Of a stretch of DNA of 64,000 nt, positions 8,374 to 19,711 are shown in pieces. The position numbers were made by a program, and so were the translations under genes. The DNA comes from Spirochaetia bacterium (GTDB lineage: Bacteria; Spirochaetota; Spirochaetia; DSM-2461), in the NCBI GenBank assembly GCA_963668315.1, contig OY764216.1, positions 3,616,001 through 3,680,000 on the forward strand, read 5' to 3'. The stretch's first letter is position 1; each line of letters begins with the position of its first letter. The notes under the pieces were generated by a model, which searched no databases, was not told the DNA's origin, and worked only from the letters and a program-made list of their open reading frames with translations.

Positions 8374-10264
8374 CGTTTTCCTCCTCCAGCGGTATGCCCC
8401 AGGCGTACCAGACATTACGGCTCTTCAGATCCCTGACTTCTTCTTCATAAGTCCGGTCTCCGAATATACCGCCGTATATGATATCGGCGGCTTTAATGGC
8501 CCACCAGTCCCACTCTTCGTTATAAGCCTCTATCTGTGTCACCACGACAATCTGCTCCTCAGGAGGAGCATCGTAAGGGCCGAAGGAAACAAACCAGGCA
8601 TGCCAGTTGTCGTCATATCCGACTTCACCGGTACCCGTTTTTGCCGCGATATCCACCACGTCATTATAGATACCCAGACGTGCCGTTCCGTTGGAAACCA
8701 CGTAGCGCATGGCTTCTTTGGTCTTCATGAATACTTCGGGATCAATCGTCTCCGAGACGTTTCTTATCAGTTCGGGCTCGTTGTTATAGATAGTTTCCCC
8801 CGTTTCCGGATCAATGACTTTCTGAAGGATATGGGGTTTATACATTTTTCCATTGTTGACGATCATAGCGCACATATTCGCCGCCTGCAGAGGGGTGGCA
8901 TCCATAAATCCCTGACCGATGGAACTGTTAAGAGTATCTCCCAGAGTCCAGGGGGTATTGTACACGCGCTCCTTCCAGTCGGGGTTGGGATTTACCCCGG
9001 AGACCTCACCTTCAAGATCGATCCCGGAAGTCTGGCCGAAGCCGAAAAGATCATTATAGTGATAGATATTATCGATTCCCAGATAATCAACGCCCACCGT
9101 TCCGAAATAGATATTGCACGATTCAGCCAGGGCTTCTTTTAAATTCAATCTCCCGTGACCGGTCAGCTTATGGCAGTGGAAAGTACGGTTACCCAGTTCC
9201 ATGCTGCCCGTACAGTCAATAAAGGAATCCTCAGGAAAAGATTCTGTGGCCAGAATACTCAGAGTCATCATGATTTTTGAGGTTGATGCCGTTGGGTAGG
9301 CCGATTGGATGGCCCTGTTCAGAAAGGGGAAGCGCGGATTCAGGCTGAGGGCATTGAAATTGTCCGGACCGGGCTGGGTAAAAAGATTGGGATTGAACCC
9401 CGGATAGGAGGCCAAAGCGAGAATTTCCCCCGTCGCAGGTCTCATGACAACGGCCGATCCCAATCGTGGACCGATGGCTTTCTCCACAAGCTCCTGAATA
9501 TCCTTGTCTATGGTAAGCACAAGGTCGTATCCGCTTTCGGGGGGGACGATGTTGCCGTCCGAGGCCACGTTCCGCCCCTGTACATCAACGGTGTTGTACC
9601 TGATTCCATCCTTTCCCCGCAGATAGCTATCGTAGGTCTTCTCTATACCGCTCTTTCCCAGAATGGAATTATTGGTATATCCCTGGTTATACAGAATCTG
9701 AAGTTCCTCATAGTTGATCTGCCCGACATACCCCAGGACATGGGACATGCTTCCTTCGGTATTATAATACCTGTGAGGCCTGCTTTCCCAGCTGATGCCG
9801 GGATACAGCTTTTTGTTCTCTGCGATGGGAGTGATCTCATGCAGGTCAAGACCGCTGAACAATTCGATGGGCGTATAGACATTCCGCCAGTTCTGGGGGA
9901 TTTTACTGTACACCTCTTCGAGGTTTTCCCTGGGAAAGGAGATAACATCGGCCACACGGTCAATGATCTGGGCAGGGTCCTGTTCGGACAATTCAGCAGG
10001 AATAAGGTAAAGAGAAAAGGAATCGACATTCGTGACAAGGGGGGTATCATGATTTCTGTCATAGATTTTCCCCCTCTGGGACGATATCACTGTCGATCTT
10101 TGCGAGACTTCCCTGGACCTGTTGAGGTAAAGAAAGCCGTTCACGACCTGAAGGCTGAACAGCTTCCCCACGAGAATAAAGAAGATAACAAACACGAAGA
10201 TCCCAAGAGACCAGATTCTCAGTTTATTTTCCTTACCCAGATTGTCTGAACGGCCGAATCCCAT
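8363..10264 (-). CDS. mrdA: Penicillin-binding protein 2
   Basis: RGKIYDRN, GKSGIE, STSK (SxxK), SCN, KTGT; mre operon context. Confidence 0.95.
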   Translation of the reverse strand: MGFGRSDNLGKENKLRIWSLGIFVFVIFFILVGKLFSLQVVNGFLYLNRSREVSQRSTVISSQRGKIYDRNHDTPLVTNVDSFSLYLIPAELSEQDPAQIIDRVADVISFPRENLEEVYSKIPQNWRNVYTPIELFSGLDLHEITPIAENKKLYPGISWESRPHRYYNTEGSMSHVLGYVGQINYEELQILYNQGYTNNSILGKSGIEKTYDSYLRGKDGIRYNTVDVQGRNVASDGNIVPPESGYDLVLTIDKDIQELVEKAIGPRLGSAVVMRPATGEILALASYPGFNPNLFTQPGPDNFNALSLNPRFPFLNRAIQSAYPTASTSKIMMTLSILATESFPEDSFIDCTGSMELGNRTFHCHKLTGHGRLNLKEALAESCNIYFGTVGVDYLGIDNIYHYNDLFGFGQTSGIDLEGEVSGVNPNPDWKERVYNTPWTLGDTLNSSIGQGFMDATPLQAANMCAMIVNNGKMYKPHILQKVIDPETGETIYNNEPELIRNVSETIDPEVFMKTKEAMRYVVSNGTARLGIYNDVVDIAAKTGTGEVGYDDNWHAWFVSFGPYDAPPEEQIVVVTQIEAYNEEWDWWAIKAADIIYGGIFGDRTYEEEVRDLKSRNVWYAWGIPLEEENDAP

Positions 10265-10770
10265 TAAAGGCCCACCCTCTTTTTATGGGTGGCACTGTAG
10301 ACTCTGTTCGCCATGGCAAAAATAAGGGGGGTAATGAGCATGGTATAAGCCAGCTCAAGAAAGAAATGCCTTCCCATGAGCACAAAAGAGGTGGTTTCCA
10401 CGGAAAACACAACAATAATCAGAGAGGAAACCAGGTATTTACAGATCATGCTGATAAAAATGAAAAGGAACTGCGTCAAAATAGATTCGGTTGATACATT
10501 TTTCTGTGTCAGTCCGGAAATGAAACCGATCAGTCCATATATGATGCTGTGAAACCCAAGAGGGGCCAGACTGAGGAAGTCGACGAAAATGCCGCCGGCG
10601 AAACCGGTGATTTCCCCTTTGAGACTCCCCTCTTTCAGGGACATAAAGAGAACGATGACCAGTACAAGATCGGGAATAATGTCATAAATGGCGATAAAAG
10701 AGAGAAGAGTTGATTGAAGGAGTACGGCAAGAGCAACGATCAGAATATTTATCGAGAGAGATTTAATCAT
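10264..10770 (-). CDS. mreD: Rod shape-determining protein MreD
   Basis: Hydrophobic, PDL.L, GF.GG...D; between mreC and mrdA. Confidence 0.9.
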   Translation of the reverse strand: MIKSLSINILIVALAVLLQSTLLSFIAIYDIIPDLVLVIVLFMSLKEGSLKGEITGFAGGIFVDFLSLAPLGFHSIIYGLIGFISGLTQKNVSTESILTQFLFIFISMICKYLVSSLIIVVFSVETTSFVLMGRHFFLELAYTMLITPLIFAMANRVYSATHKKRVGL

Positions 10771-11614
10771 CAGATTCCTCCACCAGGACGAACACGTATT
10801 CAATTCTGCTCATATCGATTATCGGCTCCAGCCTTAACTCCATGGACGTATCGTACTCTTCCGAAACGTAACTGACCACCCGTCCAATGAAAAGCCCCGA
10901 AGGATAAAGGGACTGCATACCCGACGTGACAACCAGCTCCCTTTCCCCAAGCTCATCCAGGGCCTTTTTGCTCACATACTTCATGACAAGATTATCGGAA
11001 TTGATGTTCGTACCGCTGACAAGCCCTTCGAGGCGGCTCTTCTGCAGGCGAGAGGAGACATAGCACTGACTGTTGGTGATGGGGATGACAATCGAGGAGT
11101 TCAAACCGGCCTCTTCCACTTTTCCGACCAGCCCGAATAGGCCGTGGTCATAGGCGACAACGGCCATATCAGGACCTATCCCGTCAATGGTCCCTTTATT
11201 AATGATAAAGGAAGAGAAGAAATTCTCCGGTTCTTTTCCAATAATCTTGGCCGAAATGTTCCGGTACTCCATCTCACGGGAAAAATCCAGCTGTTCTTTC
11301 AGAAGAGCATTTTCCGTGCGCAGACTTTCCAGTTCTCTCTCGACACCGGCATAGTTCTCCAGAAGCATCAGAGCGTCGTCGTAGTTTTCCTTAAGTTCCT
11401 TCAGTTCTCCGATGGAATTAAAGGTATCTCCCACCAGAGAAACGCTGTTGAAAACCATTTCCTGGAAGAATGAGAGAAAGGAGAGACCGTAACTTTTCGG
11501 TCTCTCCACGCTGGTCCCTTCGGATAAGCTGAGCATAATCAGGGACGATAAAAGGATAACCGTTAAAACGATACCTTTACCGTCCCCTCGTCTTCCCATT
11601 TTCAAGGCAGCCAT
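10763..11614 (-). CDS. mreC: Rod shape-determining protein MreC
   Basis: TM plus coiled coil, INKG..DG, GLVGKV, VVTSG...YP.GL.IG.V. Confidence 0.93.
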   Translation of the reverse strand: MAALKMGRRGDGKGIVLTVILLSSLIMLSLSEGTSVERPKSYGLSFLSFFQEMVFNSVSLVGDTFNSIGELKELKENYDDALMLLENYAGVERELESLRTENALLKEQLDFSREMEYRNISAKIIGKEPENFFSSFIINKGTIDGIGPDMAVVAYDHGLFGLVGKVEEAGLNSSIVIPITNSQCYVSSRLQKSRLEGLVSGTNINSDNLVMKYVSKKALDELGERELVVTSGMQSLYPSGLFIGRVVSYVSEEYDTSMELRLEPIIDMSRIEYVFVLVEESDD

Positions 11615-11616
11615 AA

Positions 11617-12663
11617 TCAGTAATTATTCAGACTGTCGTAAATGGCGCTCTGCGTCTCGTTTTTCTTGGAGTATTCGTAATACATGCCGGTACCCAGAGC
11701 CACACACAAAAGAGGGTTTTCAGCAAGGATAACAGGAACACCTGTTTCTTTTGAGAGCAGCATGGGAAGGCCCTTAAGCTTGGAACCGCCGCCGGTCATG
11801 ACAATACCCCGTTCCACAATATCTGCGGCGAGTTCGGGGGGAGTCTGACCCAGCGTTTTCTTTACTTCTTCAATCACCGTATTGATCGGTTCCTGAAGGG
11901 ATTCGCGTACTTCCACGGAATCGATTTCCAGCCTGCGGGGCAATCCGGTTATCGCGTCGGTCCCTTTGATCTCCATCTTCTCGATCTTTTTGTCCGGCGC
12001 GGCGTTTCCGATTTTAATCTTCAGCTGCTCCGCCGTCTGGTCACCGATAATCAGGTTATGCACACTTCTCACATGTTTGATGACGGCCTGGTCAAAGGCG
12101 TCACCGGCCAGGCGGATCGCATTGGAAACGACCATGCCGCCCAGAGAGATAACGGAGATCTCCGTGGTACCGCCGCCGATATCGCAAACCATATGTCCGG
12201 CCGGTTCGAAAATAGGAATATCCGCGCCGATGGCGGCGGCAAGGGATTCCTCGATGATCTTGACGTCACGGGCCCCGGCCTTAAAAGCGCTCTCTTCCAC
12301 GGCCCTTCTTTCCACTTCAGTGATACAGGTGGGAACACCTATGACCATTCTGGGTTTCACGACCCATCTGCGGGGAATAACCTTGCTGATAAAATAACGG
12401 AGCATCTTCTCCGTGGTATCAAGGTCGGCGATGACACCGTCCCTCAGAGGACGTATGGCGATGATATTTCCCGGAGTCTTCCAGAGCATTTTCTTCGCTT
12501 CCTGACCGACGGCTACGACCTTTCTCGTACCCCTTTCCACGGCCACTACGGAAGGTTCGCTGCAAACTATACCTTCACCCCTGACATACACAAGAGTGTT
12601 ACAAGTTCCCAGATCGATTCCTATATCAGTTGAAATACCGCTAAACAGTCTTTTACGTGCCAT
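11617..12663 (-). CDS. mreB: Actin-like MreB
   Basis: [43 protein letters not shown]. Confidence 0.97.
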   Translation of the reverse strand: MARKRLFSGISTDIGIDLGTCNTLVYVRGEGIVCSEPSVVAVERGTRKVVAVGQEAKKMLWKTPGNIIAIRPLRDGVIADLDTTEKMLRYFISKVIPRRWVVKPRMVIGVPTCITEVERRAVEESAFKAGARDVKIIEESLAAAIGADIPIFEPAGHMVCDIGGGTTEISVISLGGMVVSNAIRLAGDAFDQAVIKHVRSVHNLIIGDQTAEQLKIKIGNAAPDKKIEKMEIKGTDAITGLPRRLEIDSVEVRESLQEPINTVIEEVKKTLGQTPPELAADIVERGIVMTGGGSKLKGLPMLLSKETGVPVILAENPLLCVALGTGMYYEYSKKNETQSAIYDSLNNY

Positions 12664-12687
12664 TAATCCTCCGCGCTTGGATGAAAA

Positions 12688-13608
12688 TCAGTTATATAAT
12701 CTCAGGAGAGCTTCCCGATAGTGGGGGTCAATCCGTTCTGTTCGATGCCATTCCTGCCTGGCAGATCCTTCATCGCCCATATAAAAGTACACTTCACCCA
12801 GCATAAAATGTACATCGGCATTATTATAGTCAATATCAAGATATTGGGAAAGAACTTTTTGCGCTTCCGGCCAATTTTTTATATTAAAAAACAACTCGCC
12901 CAGTTTAAGCAGGGCTTCCAGCCTGACCGGTTCATTTTTTGCCAGATCCACGGCTCTCTGCAGAAAATCCCGGGACAGCTCGTACTGCCCCATATTGAAG
13001 GCATCTTCACCCATTCGCAGAAAAAGCGAAGCGGTAGGCGTTTTTTCCGCCATTCCCGTCAGATATTCCAGACTTTTGGTAAACTGCCCCATCCGGGAAT
13101 AGGCGATAGCCAGATATTCATCCATATCGCTGTTCTCATACCCGAGCTGACGGGCCTTAAGAAGATATTCAACGGCAAGATCGGAGTAATAGGCCCCCGA
13201 TTGAACATAGCATTTACCCAATAGATAATAGGTCTCTTTCAGATAGAGAAGACCGGGCGAAAGCATATGCAGCCTGAGAGAGGTAATGGCCCGCTGGAGA
13301 TATTCGATCTTATCCTCCATGGAAACCATGGACATGGCCATATAAAAAGAGGAAGCCCCGTTAAAAAAGAGAGCTTCCTCATCAAAGGGATTCTCCTGGA
13401 GGCGTAATTCCGTCTGATAAAGGATTTCGGGATAATTGGTATCACCCCAAAGGACGGATAGTTCCTGCGCGGAATCGTTGCGCGCTATGCTGTTTCTGAA
13501 ACTTGAAAATCCCCGTATGACACCGAAAGCGACGATTACAGTCGTTAATACGAGAATGAGGAGGGGAAATAGATTAAATGCAGATCGTCGATTGTTAAGT
13601 CTAGGCAT
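12688..13608 (-). CDS. Membrane-anchored TPR protein
   Basis: N-terminal TM helix then tandem TPR-like repeats; start moved out of rnpB. Confidence 0.8.
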   Translation of the reverse strand: MPRLNNRRSAFNLFPLLILVLTTVIVAFGVIRGFSSFRNSIARNDSAQELSVLWGDTNYPEILYQTELRLQENPFDEEALFFNGASSFYMAMSMVSMEDKIEYLQRAITSLRLHMLSPGLLYLKETYYLLGKCYVQSGAYYSDLAVEYLLKARQLGYENSDMDEYLAIAYSRMGQFTKSLEYLTGMAEKTPTASLFLRMGEDAFNMGQYELSRDFLQRAVDLAKNEPVRLEALLKLGELFFNIKNWPEAQKVLSQYLDIDYNNADVHFMLGEVYFYMGDEGSARQEWHRTERIDPHYREALLRLYN

Positions 13609-13624
13609 AATCTTAAGAAAAAAA

Positions 13625-13954
13625 AGACAGGCTATAAGCCGGGTTCTGTTATCGACTACCATCTATCTGGATCGATCCTTACGGAAAGACTCCAGCAGTC
13701 CACCCGCAGGGTTAAGGCCGGAACAGCCCCCTGCTGCTTGACTTTGCTCCCGGTGAGGTTTACCTTGCGGCGGACATTGCTGCCCGCCCGGTGAGCTCTT
13801 ACCCCGCCATTTCACCCTTACCCCGAAAACGGGGCGGTATATTTTCTGCGGCACTTTCTGTCAGCACTGTATGCTGCCCGGGCGTTACCCGGCACCGTTT
13901 CCTATGGAGCCCGGACTTTCCTCCCGGCAAAGCCGGGCGGTAGTCAGCCTGTCT
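13625..13954 (-). ncRNA. rnpB: RNase P RNA (type A)
   Basis: GAGGAAAGTCCGGGCTCC near 5' end, AAGGGTGAAA, GGTAAACC, ACAGAACCCGGCTTAT near 3' end; P1 AGACAGGCT/AGCCTGTCT. Confidence 0.97.
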
Positions 13955-13961
13955 AAATTTT

Positions 13962-14771
13962 TTAATCCAATTCGATCCCGAGATCTCCGGCGAGGTCGGA
14001 AAGACCTCCCACGTCTTCTCCCAGATCGGGCTGCTCCCCTTCACCGGGGGCCAGTGCTTCATCGGTTTCCTCATAAAAGAGGATACGGCTGCAGTAAGGG
14101 CAGAAGAGAACATCATTCTCCTCTCTTACGTCATTGACGAACTGGGCGGGAAGTATCATGTTGCAACCCGTACAGACGCCGTTTTTCACAGGAACAAGAC
14201 CAAGGCCGGCCTTATTGCTGATAATTCTCTCAAACTTGAAGACGATTTCCGAATCGATATCGGGAACGATGGCGCTCTCTTCTTCATCAACGAGCCTTTT
14301 CAGCTCCTTTTCGCGCTCCTCCGTCTCCTGTTCGACACGAACCTGTTCCTCCGTGAGCTCGGCTTCCTGAAGCTGGATGAGTTTTTCCTCTCTCTCCATG
14401 GACTCCTTGAGCTCCTCAAGAACAGCTTCCTCCCTCTGGATATCCTTTCTCAGGGACTGCTCTTTTTCAGCGGCATCACGAATCTCCGTATCAAGGGCTT
14501 CATACTCCCTCTGAGTGGTGATGCTGTCCATCTTCTTTTCAGAACTCTCGCGAAGGATTTCGGCTTCTGCCATCAGATGGCGCAGATGGGCAATCTTCTG
14601 CTGGCCCGCTTCATAGGTATCGTTCTTCTCTATATAGGACTGTTTGAGACGCTTGAGCATCTCCGATTTGGTAGAGAGAGCTCTGGGGATCTCCTCGATC
14701 TCTTTTTTGATTTCGAATTTCCTCGATAGCACCGTCTGCAACTGCTGCAACTTCTCAAAAATTTCCTGCAT
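13962..14771 (-). CDS. Coiled-coil protein with C4 zinc ribbon (DUF164 / CdsZ-HP0958-like)
   Basis: Long coiled coil then CTGC...CPYCSRIL; between rpoD and rnpB. Confidence 0.85.
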   Translation of the reverse strand: MQEIFEKLQQLQTVLSRKFEIKKEIEEIPRALSTKSEMLKRLKQSYIEKNDTYEAGQQKIAHLRHLMAEAEILRESSEKKMDSITTQREYEALDTEIRDAAEKEQSLRKDIQREEAVLEELKESMEREEKLIQLQEAELTEEQVRVEQETEEREKELKRLVDEEESAIVPDIDSEIVFKFERIISNKAGLGLVPVKNGVCTGCNMILPAQFVNDVREENDVLFCPYCSRILFYEETDEALAPGEGEQPDLGEDVGGLSDLAGDLGIELD

Positions 14772-14785
14772 TTTCTCCGTCCTGT

Positions 14786-16744
14786 TTAGTTTTCCAAATA
14801 ATCCTTAAGTCGTCTGCTCCGCTTGGGGTGGCGCAGTCTTCTTAATGCCTTTGCTTCAATCTGCCTGATACGTTCCCTGGTTACGTTAAAATACAATCCC
14901 ACTTCTTCCAAAGTCAAGGAGTATCCGTCCTCAAGTCCGAAACGCATTTTCAAAACTTCCTGTTCCCTGGGGGGAAGAGTCGCCAATACGTCCTGCAGCT
15001 GTTCCTGTAATATCTTAAACGCGGTCTGATTAGCCGGGTTTTCCACATCCTTATCTTCGATGAAGTCTCCCAGCAACGAGTCTTCTTCCTCACCGATAGG
15101 CGTTTCCAGCGAAATAGGTTCACGGGCGACATTCTTAACGGACTTGACCCGGGAAACGGTCCAGCCCAGCTTCTCCGCGATCTCCTCGTCGGTAGGCTCC
15201 CGACCCATGACCTGCATGAGCTGGCGGGACTCCCTGACGACTTTGTTGATCTGCTCAATCATATGAACGGGAACACGGATCGTCCTGGCCTGATCGGATA
15301 TGGATCGGGTAATCGCCTGCCGTATCCACCAGGTGGCGTAGGTGGAAAATTTATACCCCTTGCGGTATTCAAACTTTTCCACGGCCTTGATCAGACCGAT
15401 ATTTCCTTCCTGTACCAGATCGAAGAAATGGAGGCCCCGGTTGGTGTATTTTTTCGCGATACTGACGACGAGCCTCAGGTTGGCCTTGATCAGCCTGTCC
15501 TTGGCATTCTTCATCATGATTCTGCCGTGGCTGATTTCATCGGCCATGGAAAGGATTTTATCAATACTGTTTTCGAAGGAGAGCTCGAGCTCATGGAGTT
15601 TCTTCTCCATAACCTGAACTTCCCGAATCTTTTCCTTTATCTCGTCGGCGGTCAATCCGATGCGGCTCTCTATGCTCTGCCTTTCATCTTTAACGGCCAG
15701 CCCTCGGCCAAGGGCGCGGAGCTCTCTCATGTTCCGTACACCGAGCTTCCGCTCGATATGAAACTGTTTGCTCTGAAAGGCCTTGATCTTCTCCACGGCG
15801 CTGATGAACTTTTCCGAGAAGCGGAGAATCTCTTCCTGATGAATATCTATATCTTCGATCTGCTTCAGAAGGCCTTCCCTCTTTTTATGAAGCTTCTCAT
15901 CGGTAATGACATCCCCATCGGTGGCGGCGATTTTCTCTTTCAGTTCGATATACAGTTTCAGCTGAGGATAGATGGCCTTCAAAGGCTCCCGGTAAAACTG
16001 ATTCAGGCGGCGTTTCTCTGCCAGAAAATCGGAGATTTCCTTTTTGGAAAAATTCATTTCGCCGGGATCTTTACGGGAAAAAGCTTTCTGAGCGAGGGAA
16101 TAGAACTCGGGGATTATCATACCCGATGTCCTGAGGATATTCTTGATGATATTTTCCCCTTCCTCCATCTGCTGAGAAAGTTCGACTTCCTGTTCCGCGC
16201 TGAGAAGGTTCTCCTTGCCGATCTCCCTCAGATAAAGCCGTATGGGATCATCGATGAGAGCTTCCTTGTCGGAGTAAACGAGCTTACCCGAGTCACCCCT
16301 TGAATCTTCATCTTCCTGCTCCTGCTCGGTAGCCATATCGTCGATATCGAGCTCATCCTCGTCGATGATGTCCTCTTCCTCGACGGACATGGACATTTCG
16401 CCCTCGTCATCAACGCTCTTTTCCACGCCGATGCCGGCATCGGGAACGACGGGAAGATCATTATTCATATCGTCAAGTTCATCGTCGATTTCCTCATCCA
16501 CGTCTTCCTTTTCCGATTCGTCTTCCAGTTCCACGCCCTCGGGTATATTATCGAAAACATCACCGCCGTCAACAATCTTGACGCCCTTCTCTTCAAGCAG
16601 GGCCAGTATATCTTCGATCTTATCCGAGTTCACTATCTCTTCGGGAAGCCAGTCATTGACTTCCTCATAGGTTAATTTTCTTTTTTGCTGGGCATATTTA
16701 AATAGCTTTTCTATTTCAGGGTCGGACAGCAATTCTTCACTCAT
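14786..16744 (-). CDS. rpoD: Primary sigma factor RpoD
   Basis: [57 protein letters not shown]. Confidence 0.98.
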   Translation of the reverse strand: MSEELLSDPEIEKLFKYAQQKRKLTYEEVNDWLPEEIVNSDKIEDILALLEEKGVKIVDGGDVFDNIPEGVELEDESEKEDVDEEIDDELDDMNNDLPVVPDAGIGVEKSVDDEGEMSMSVEEEDIIDEDELDIDDMATEQEQEDEDSRGDSGKLVYSDKEALIDDPIRLYLREIGKENLLSAEQEVELSQQMEEGENIIKNILRTSGMIIPEFYSLAQKAFSRKDPGEMNFSKKEISDFLAEKRRLNQFYREPLKAIYPQLKLYIELKEKIAATDGDVITDEKLHKKREGLLKQIEDIDIHQEEILRFSEKFISAVEKIKAFQSKQFHIERKLGVRNMRELRALGRGLAVKDERQSIESRIGLTADEIKEKIREVQVMEKKLHELELSFENSIDKILSMADEISHGRIMMKNAKDRLIKANLRLVVSIAKKYTNRGLHFFDLVQEGNIGLIKAVEKFEYRKGYKFSTYATWWIRQAITRSISDQARTIRVPVHMIEQINKVVRESRQLMQVMGREPTDEEIAEKLGWTVSRVKSVKNVAREPISLETPIGEEEDSLLGDFIEDKDVENPANQTAFKILQEQLQDVLATLPPREQEVLKMRFGLEDGYSLTLEEVGLYFNVTRERIRQIEAKALRRLRHPKRSRRLKDYLEN

Positions 16745-16746
16745 TC

Positions 16747-18495
16747 CTACAACACCTTAATATTCTGTATTTCCCGATCGATGCGCATCTTCTCGTTGAG
16801 AAGCTCCGCCTCAATCCTATCGTCATTCTTTCCGTTTTTATTTAAAAGAGCCGTTATCTCACGGCTGCGCAATTCGAGATTACGCAATTTGATGATTCTC
16901 AATCCTCTTTCCAGAGCTGACGATACATTGAGTTTCATCTCATCCTTATTTATCCAGTCTTTATAAAACAACAAAGGCTCGCCTTCGTCGAGCATTGAGA
17001 AAAAATCATCAGAATCCCGGGGAATCGTTTGTAAATTTTCCATCATTTCCCATAGTTTGACGGCTCGTTTATCCCTCAGTTCACTGCTATGCATTTTTTC
17101 CTTAAGTCCAGAAACACAAGATGGATTAGCTATTGCCATTAAGACCAGGTATAGTTCATCGCTCATTTTCTCGGTCTCTACCTGCCGAGTTTGCCGTTTT
17201 ATAACGACGGGAGCGGTACCATTTTCATACTCCAGAATAACGGTACGCCTATCCAATTCCAATGCATCTGCCATACTTTCCAAGTATGCCTGTCTTTTCA
17301 CCTCTGACTTGACAGCCCTTAAATAGGGAGTTAATTCTTTTACTACAGTAGACTTACCCTCCGGCGTATTTGCGTCATTAATCCTAATTGTACATTTTAA
17401 CAAAAAATCGAATATTATGATAGAGTTGTGGACCAATTTTTTCAAATAATCCCCGCCCCTCTTCTGCAGAATATCGGAGGGATCCTCCCCTTCGGGCAGC
17501 AGCCCCGCCTTGAGTTCAATATCCAGACTCTCACAGAGAAGGGCGGCCTTTTTCGTGGCCTCGAATCCCGCCTTATCGCCATCGAAGAGCATGACGCCCC
17601 TGTCGCAGTACCGTTTGAGCATTTTCATCTGGTCTTCGGTCAGAGCGGTCCCCAGAGGGGCCACGCAGTTGCGGCATCCCGCCTGATAGAGAGCCAGAAC
17701 ATCCACATTTCCTTCGCAGAGAACAAAGGATTTCTCCTCCCTTATATAGGGCAGCGTTTTTCCGATTCCGAAAAGGAGCTTTCCCTTCTTAAAAAGCGGA
17801 GTCTCGGGGGAATTGATATATTTCGGTCCCTCTCCATTCAGAAGGCGGGCGCTATAGGCCACGGAACTGCCGTCAAGGGCGAAGATCGGAAAGACAAGTC
17901 TGTCACGGAACAGAGGGTAGGCTTTTCTTCTGCGTGAAAAAAGCCCGCTCTCTTCCAGAAAGGGAGCGGTGTAGTTCTTGCCCAGAAGAAAACCGTAAAG
18001 CCACCGGGAATCGGCCGGGGCATAGCCCAGCTGAAAGGTCCTGACCGTTTCTTCGCTGATTCCCCGCTGATAGATGTAATCAAGGGCGAGTCTGCCCTGC
18101 TCCGTTTCCATGAGAAAATAGGAAAAAGTTCCGGTCAGACGATTATACAGTTCGGACATGGCATTTTTACGGAGCTTCTGCTCCTGGTTTTTACCGGCCG
18201 GCTCCTTGCTCCTGTTAAGGGTGACCCCGGCTTTCTGAGCCGCCTTCTCCAGAGCTTCAGGAAATGTCAGCTTCTCGTATTCCATGATGAAATTGAAAAT
18301 ATCGCCGCCCTTATGGCAACCGAAGCAGTAATAATAGGCCCGATCGGGATCAACGGAAAAAGAGGGAGTTTTCTCCTTGTGAAAAGGACAGCACCCCATA
18401 TAACGTCCGCTTCTGTTCTGAAGCTGAACATACTGGCCGATATACTCCACCAGGTTAATCTTCTCTTTGATCTCTTCCGTCTGATTCTCGGCCAA
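16747..18495 (-). CDS. dnaG: DNA primase
   Basis: CPFH.EKTPSF...CFGC zinc finger, [22 protein letters not shown] start. Confidence 0.96.
   Translation of the reverse strand: MAENQTEEIKEKINLVEYIGQYVQLQNRSGRYMGCCPFHKEKTPSFSVDPDRAYYYCFGCHKGGDIFNFIMEYEKLTFPEALEKAAQKAGVTLNRSKEPAGKNQEQKLRKNAMSELYNRLTGTFSYFLMETEQGRLALDYIYQRGISEETVRTFQLGYAPADSRWLYGFLLGKNYTAPFLEESGLFSRRRKAYPLFRDRLVFPIFALDGSSVAYSARLLNGEGPKYINSPETPLFKKGKLLFGIGKTLPYIREEKSFVLCEGNVDVLALYQAGCRNCVAPLGTALTEDQMKMLKRYCDRGVMLFDGDKAGFEATKKAALLCESLDIELKAGLLPEGEDPSDILQKRGGDYLKKLVHNSIIIFDFLLKCTIRINDANTPEGKSTVVKELTPYLRAVKSEVKRQAYLESMADALELDRRTVILEYENGTAPVVIKRQTRQVETEKMSDELYLVLMAIANPSCVSGLKEKMHSSELRDKRAVKLWEMMENLQTIPRDSDDFFSMLDEGEPLLFYKDWINKDEMKLNVSSALERGLRIIKLRNLELRSREITALLNKNGKNDDRIEAELLNEKMRIDREIQNIKVL
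17417..17445 (-). promoter_or_regulatory. Candidate internal rpoD promoter within dnaG
   Basis: TTGAAA (17445-17440), 17 nt, TATCAT (17422-17417), at the onset of an AT-rich segment. Confidence 0.5.
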
Positions 18496-18498
18496 ACC

Positions 18499-19539
18499 CT
18501 ATTTGCTCCTGAAACTCTCGAGGTAGGACCCCTTGTTATTGAGAAAATCCCCGTAACTGGCGGAAAAATTATGACTTCCTGCGGCACTGTCCTTCACAAC
18601 AAAGAATACATAATTGGTTCTAGCCGGATGAAAGGCCGCATCCAGCGCCGTATAGCCGGGATTGGCGATCGCCCCGGGGGGAAGGCCCTCTGCATAGTAC
18701 GTGTTGTAGGGGCTGGCAATTTCCAGATCGCGGTAATAAAGTCTTTCCGGATGGGCTTTCCCCTGAATCTCCGTCATGACGTATACCACGGTCGCGCAGG
18801 ACTGAAGATGGGGAAATTCGGGACTGTCCAGCCGATTATAGAACACCGAAGCGATCAGAGGCGCTTCCCCATCAAGGCGGTACTCCTTTTCCACGATGGA
18901 AGCCATGACGATTTTCTCCCTTAGCTGCTTATCGGTCAGATCCTTCCAGTCGGGGTAGATGCGGTCCAGCTGCTCCTTGAAATTGTCAACCATGGCGCCG
19001 GCCACATTCTCGGCCGATTCCCCATAAACAAAGCGGTAGGTATCGGGGAAAAGGTACCCTTCCAGGCTGTCAGAGGAAAATCCGAGACCGGCAATAAAAT
19101 CCTTATCATGAGCCACATCCAGAAAATCCTCACCGGAACAGACCCCCACATCCTCAAGCCTTTCGGCAATTTTCGAGAGAGTCCAGCCTTCGGGCACGGT
19201 GATGCTGATGAGATTCTGCTGGCCCGAGACCAGCTTCCGGTAAATTTCCGAACCGGTCATTCCCGGCGTAAGGGTATAGGAACCGGTGGGAACGGTATTC
19301 CCCCTTCCCCGAACTTCATGATAGAGGCGGAACACATAATAGGACCTGAGAACTCCGTCCCTTTCCAGCTTGAGGCCTATGGAAGACACGGTCATCCCCG
19401 GTTCAATCAAAATATCATAATCCTCGGTCCAGGCCTGAGGGGCTTCATTTCTGCTGATGCAATAGTACCCTCCCGATCCGGCGGCGGCAAGCAGCACCAG
19501 AACAAGCAGGGCGAGCAGCACTTTAATTTTCTTTGCCAA
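18499..19539 (-). CDS. mltG: Endolytic transglycosylase MltG
   Basis: TM anchor, TVPEG, LEGYLFPDTY, ASIVEKE, SPYNTY...GLPPG.I.NPG. Confidence 0.94.
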   Translation of the reverse strand: MAKKIKVLLALLVLVLLAAAGSGGYYCISRNEAPQAWTEDYDILIEPGMTVSSIGLKLERDGVLRSYYVFRLYHEVRGRGNTVPTGSYTLTPGMTGSEIYRKLVSGQQNLISITVPEGWTLSKIAERLEDVGVCSGEDFLDVAHDKDFIAGLGFSSDSLEGYLFPDTYRFVYGESAENVAGAMVDNFKEQLDRIYPDWKDLTDKQLREKIVMASIVEKEYRLDGEAPLIASVFYNRLDSPEFPHLQSCATVVYVMTEIQGKAHPERLYYRDLEIASPYNTYYAEGLPPGAIANPGYTALDAAFHPARTNYVFFVVKDSAAGSHNFSASYGDFLNNKGSYLESFRSK

Positions 19540-19711
19540 GAGTCAGTTCCTTCATTTTTTCTATACTGTATTGACTGAATAAGTCTTTTTCCATTTCATC
19601 CATAAGCATAACCAGTTCATGGTCAAGCGAATCTTCCGACCGGAAAAGGAAGGAATAGAGCTTTTCAGCCGTAACCCTGTCCATATTCAGGGAGAGTTTT
19701 TCATAATTCAA
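19523..19711 (-). CDS. Small hypothetical protein
   Basis: Fills gap overlapping both neighbours; TTG start behind GGAGG. Confidence 0.55.
   Translation of the reverse strand: MNYEKLSLNMDRVTAEKLYSFLFRSEDSLDHELVMLMDEMEKDLFSQYSIEKMKELTLGKEN

Noticed and set aside
9305..10249. 314-aa ORF antisense to mrdA (similarly 15263-16303, 24651-25604, 26251-27402, 41540-42796)
   Set aside because: Fully overlap well-supported genes on the other strand; no recognisable protein features
13663..14137. Small ORFs across 13.66-14.14 kb
   Set aside because: Lie within RNase P RNA or the zinc-ribbon gene
16300..16560. Repetitive GAT/GAA-rich stretch
   Set aside because: Acidic linker of RpoD region 1.1-1.2, not a DNA repeat array
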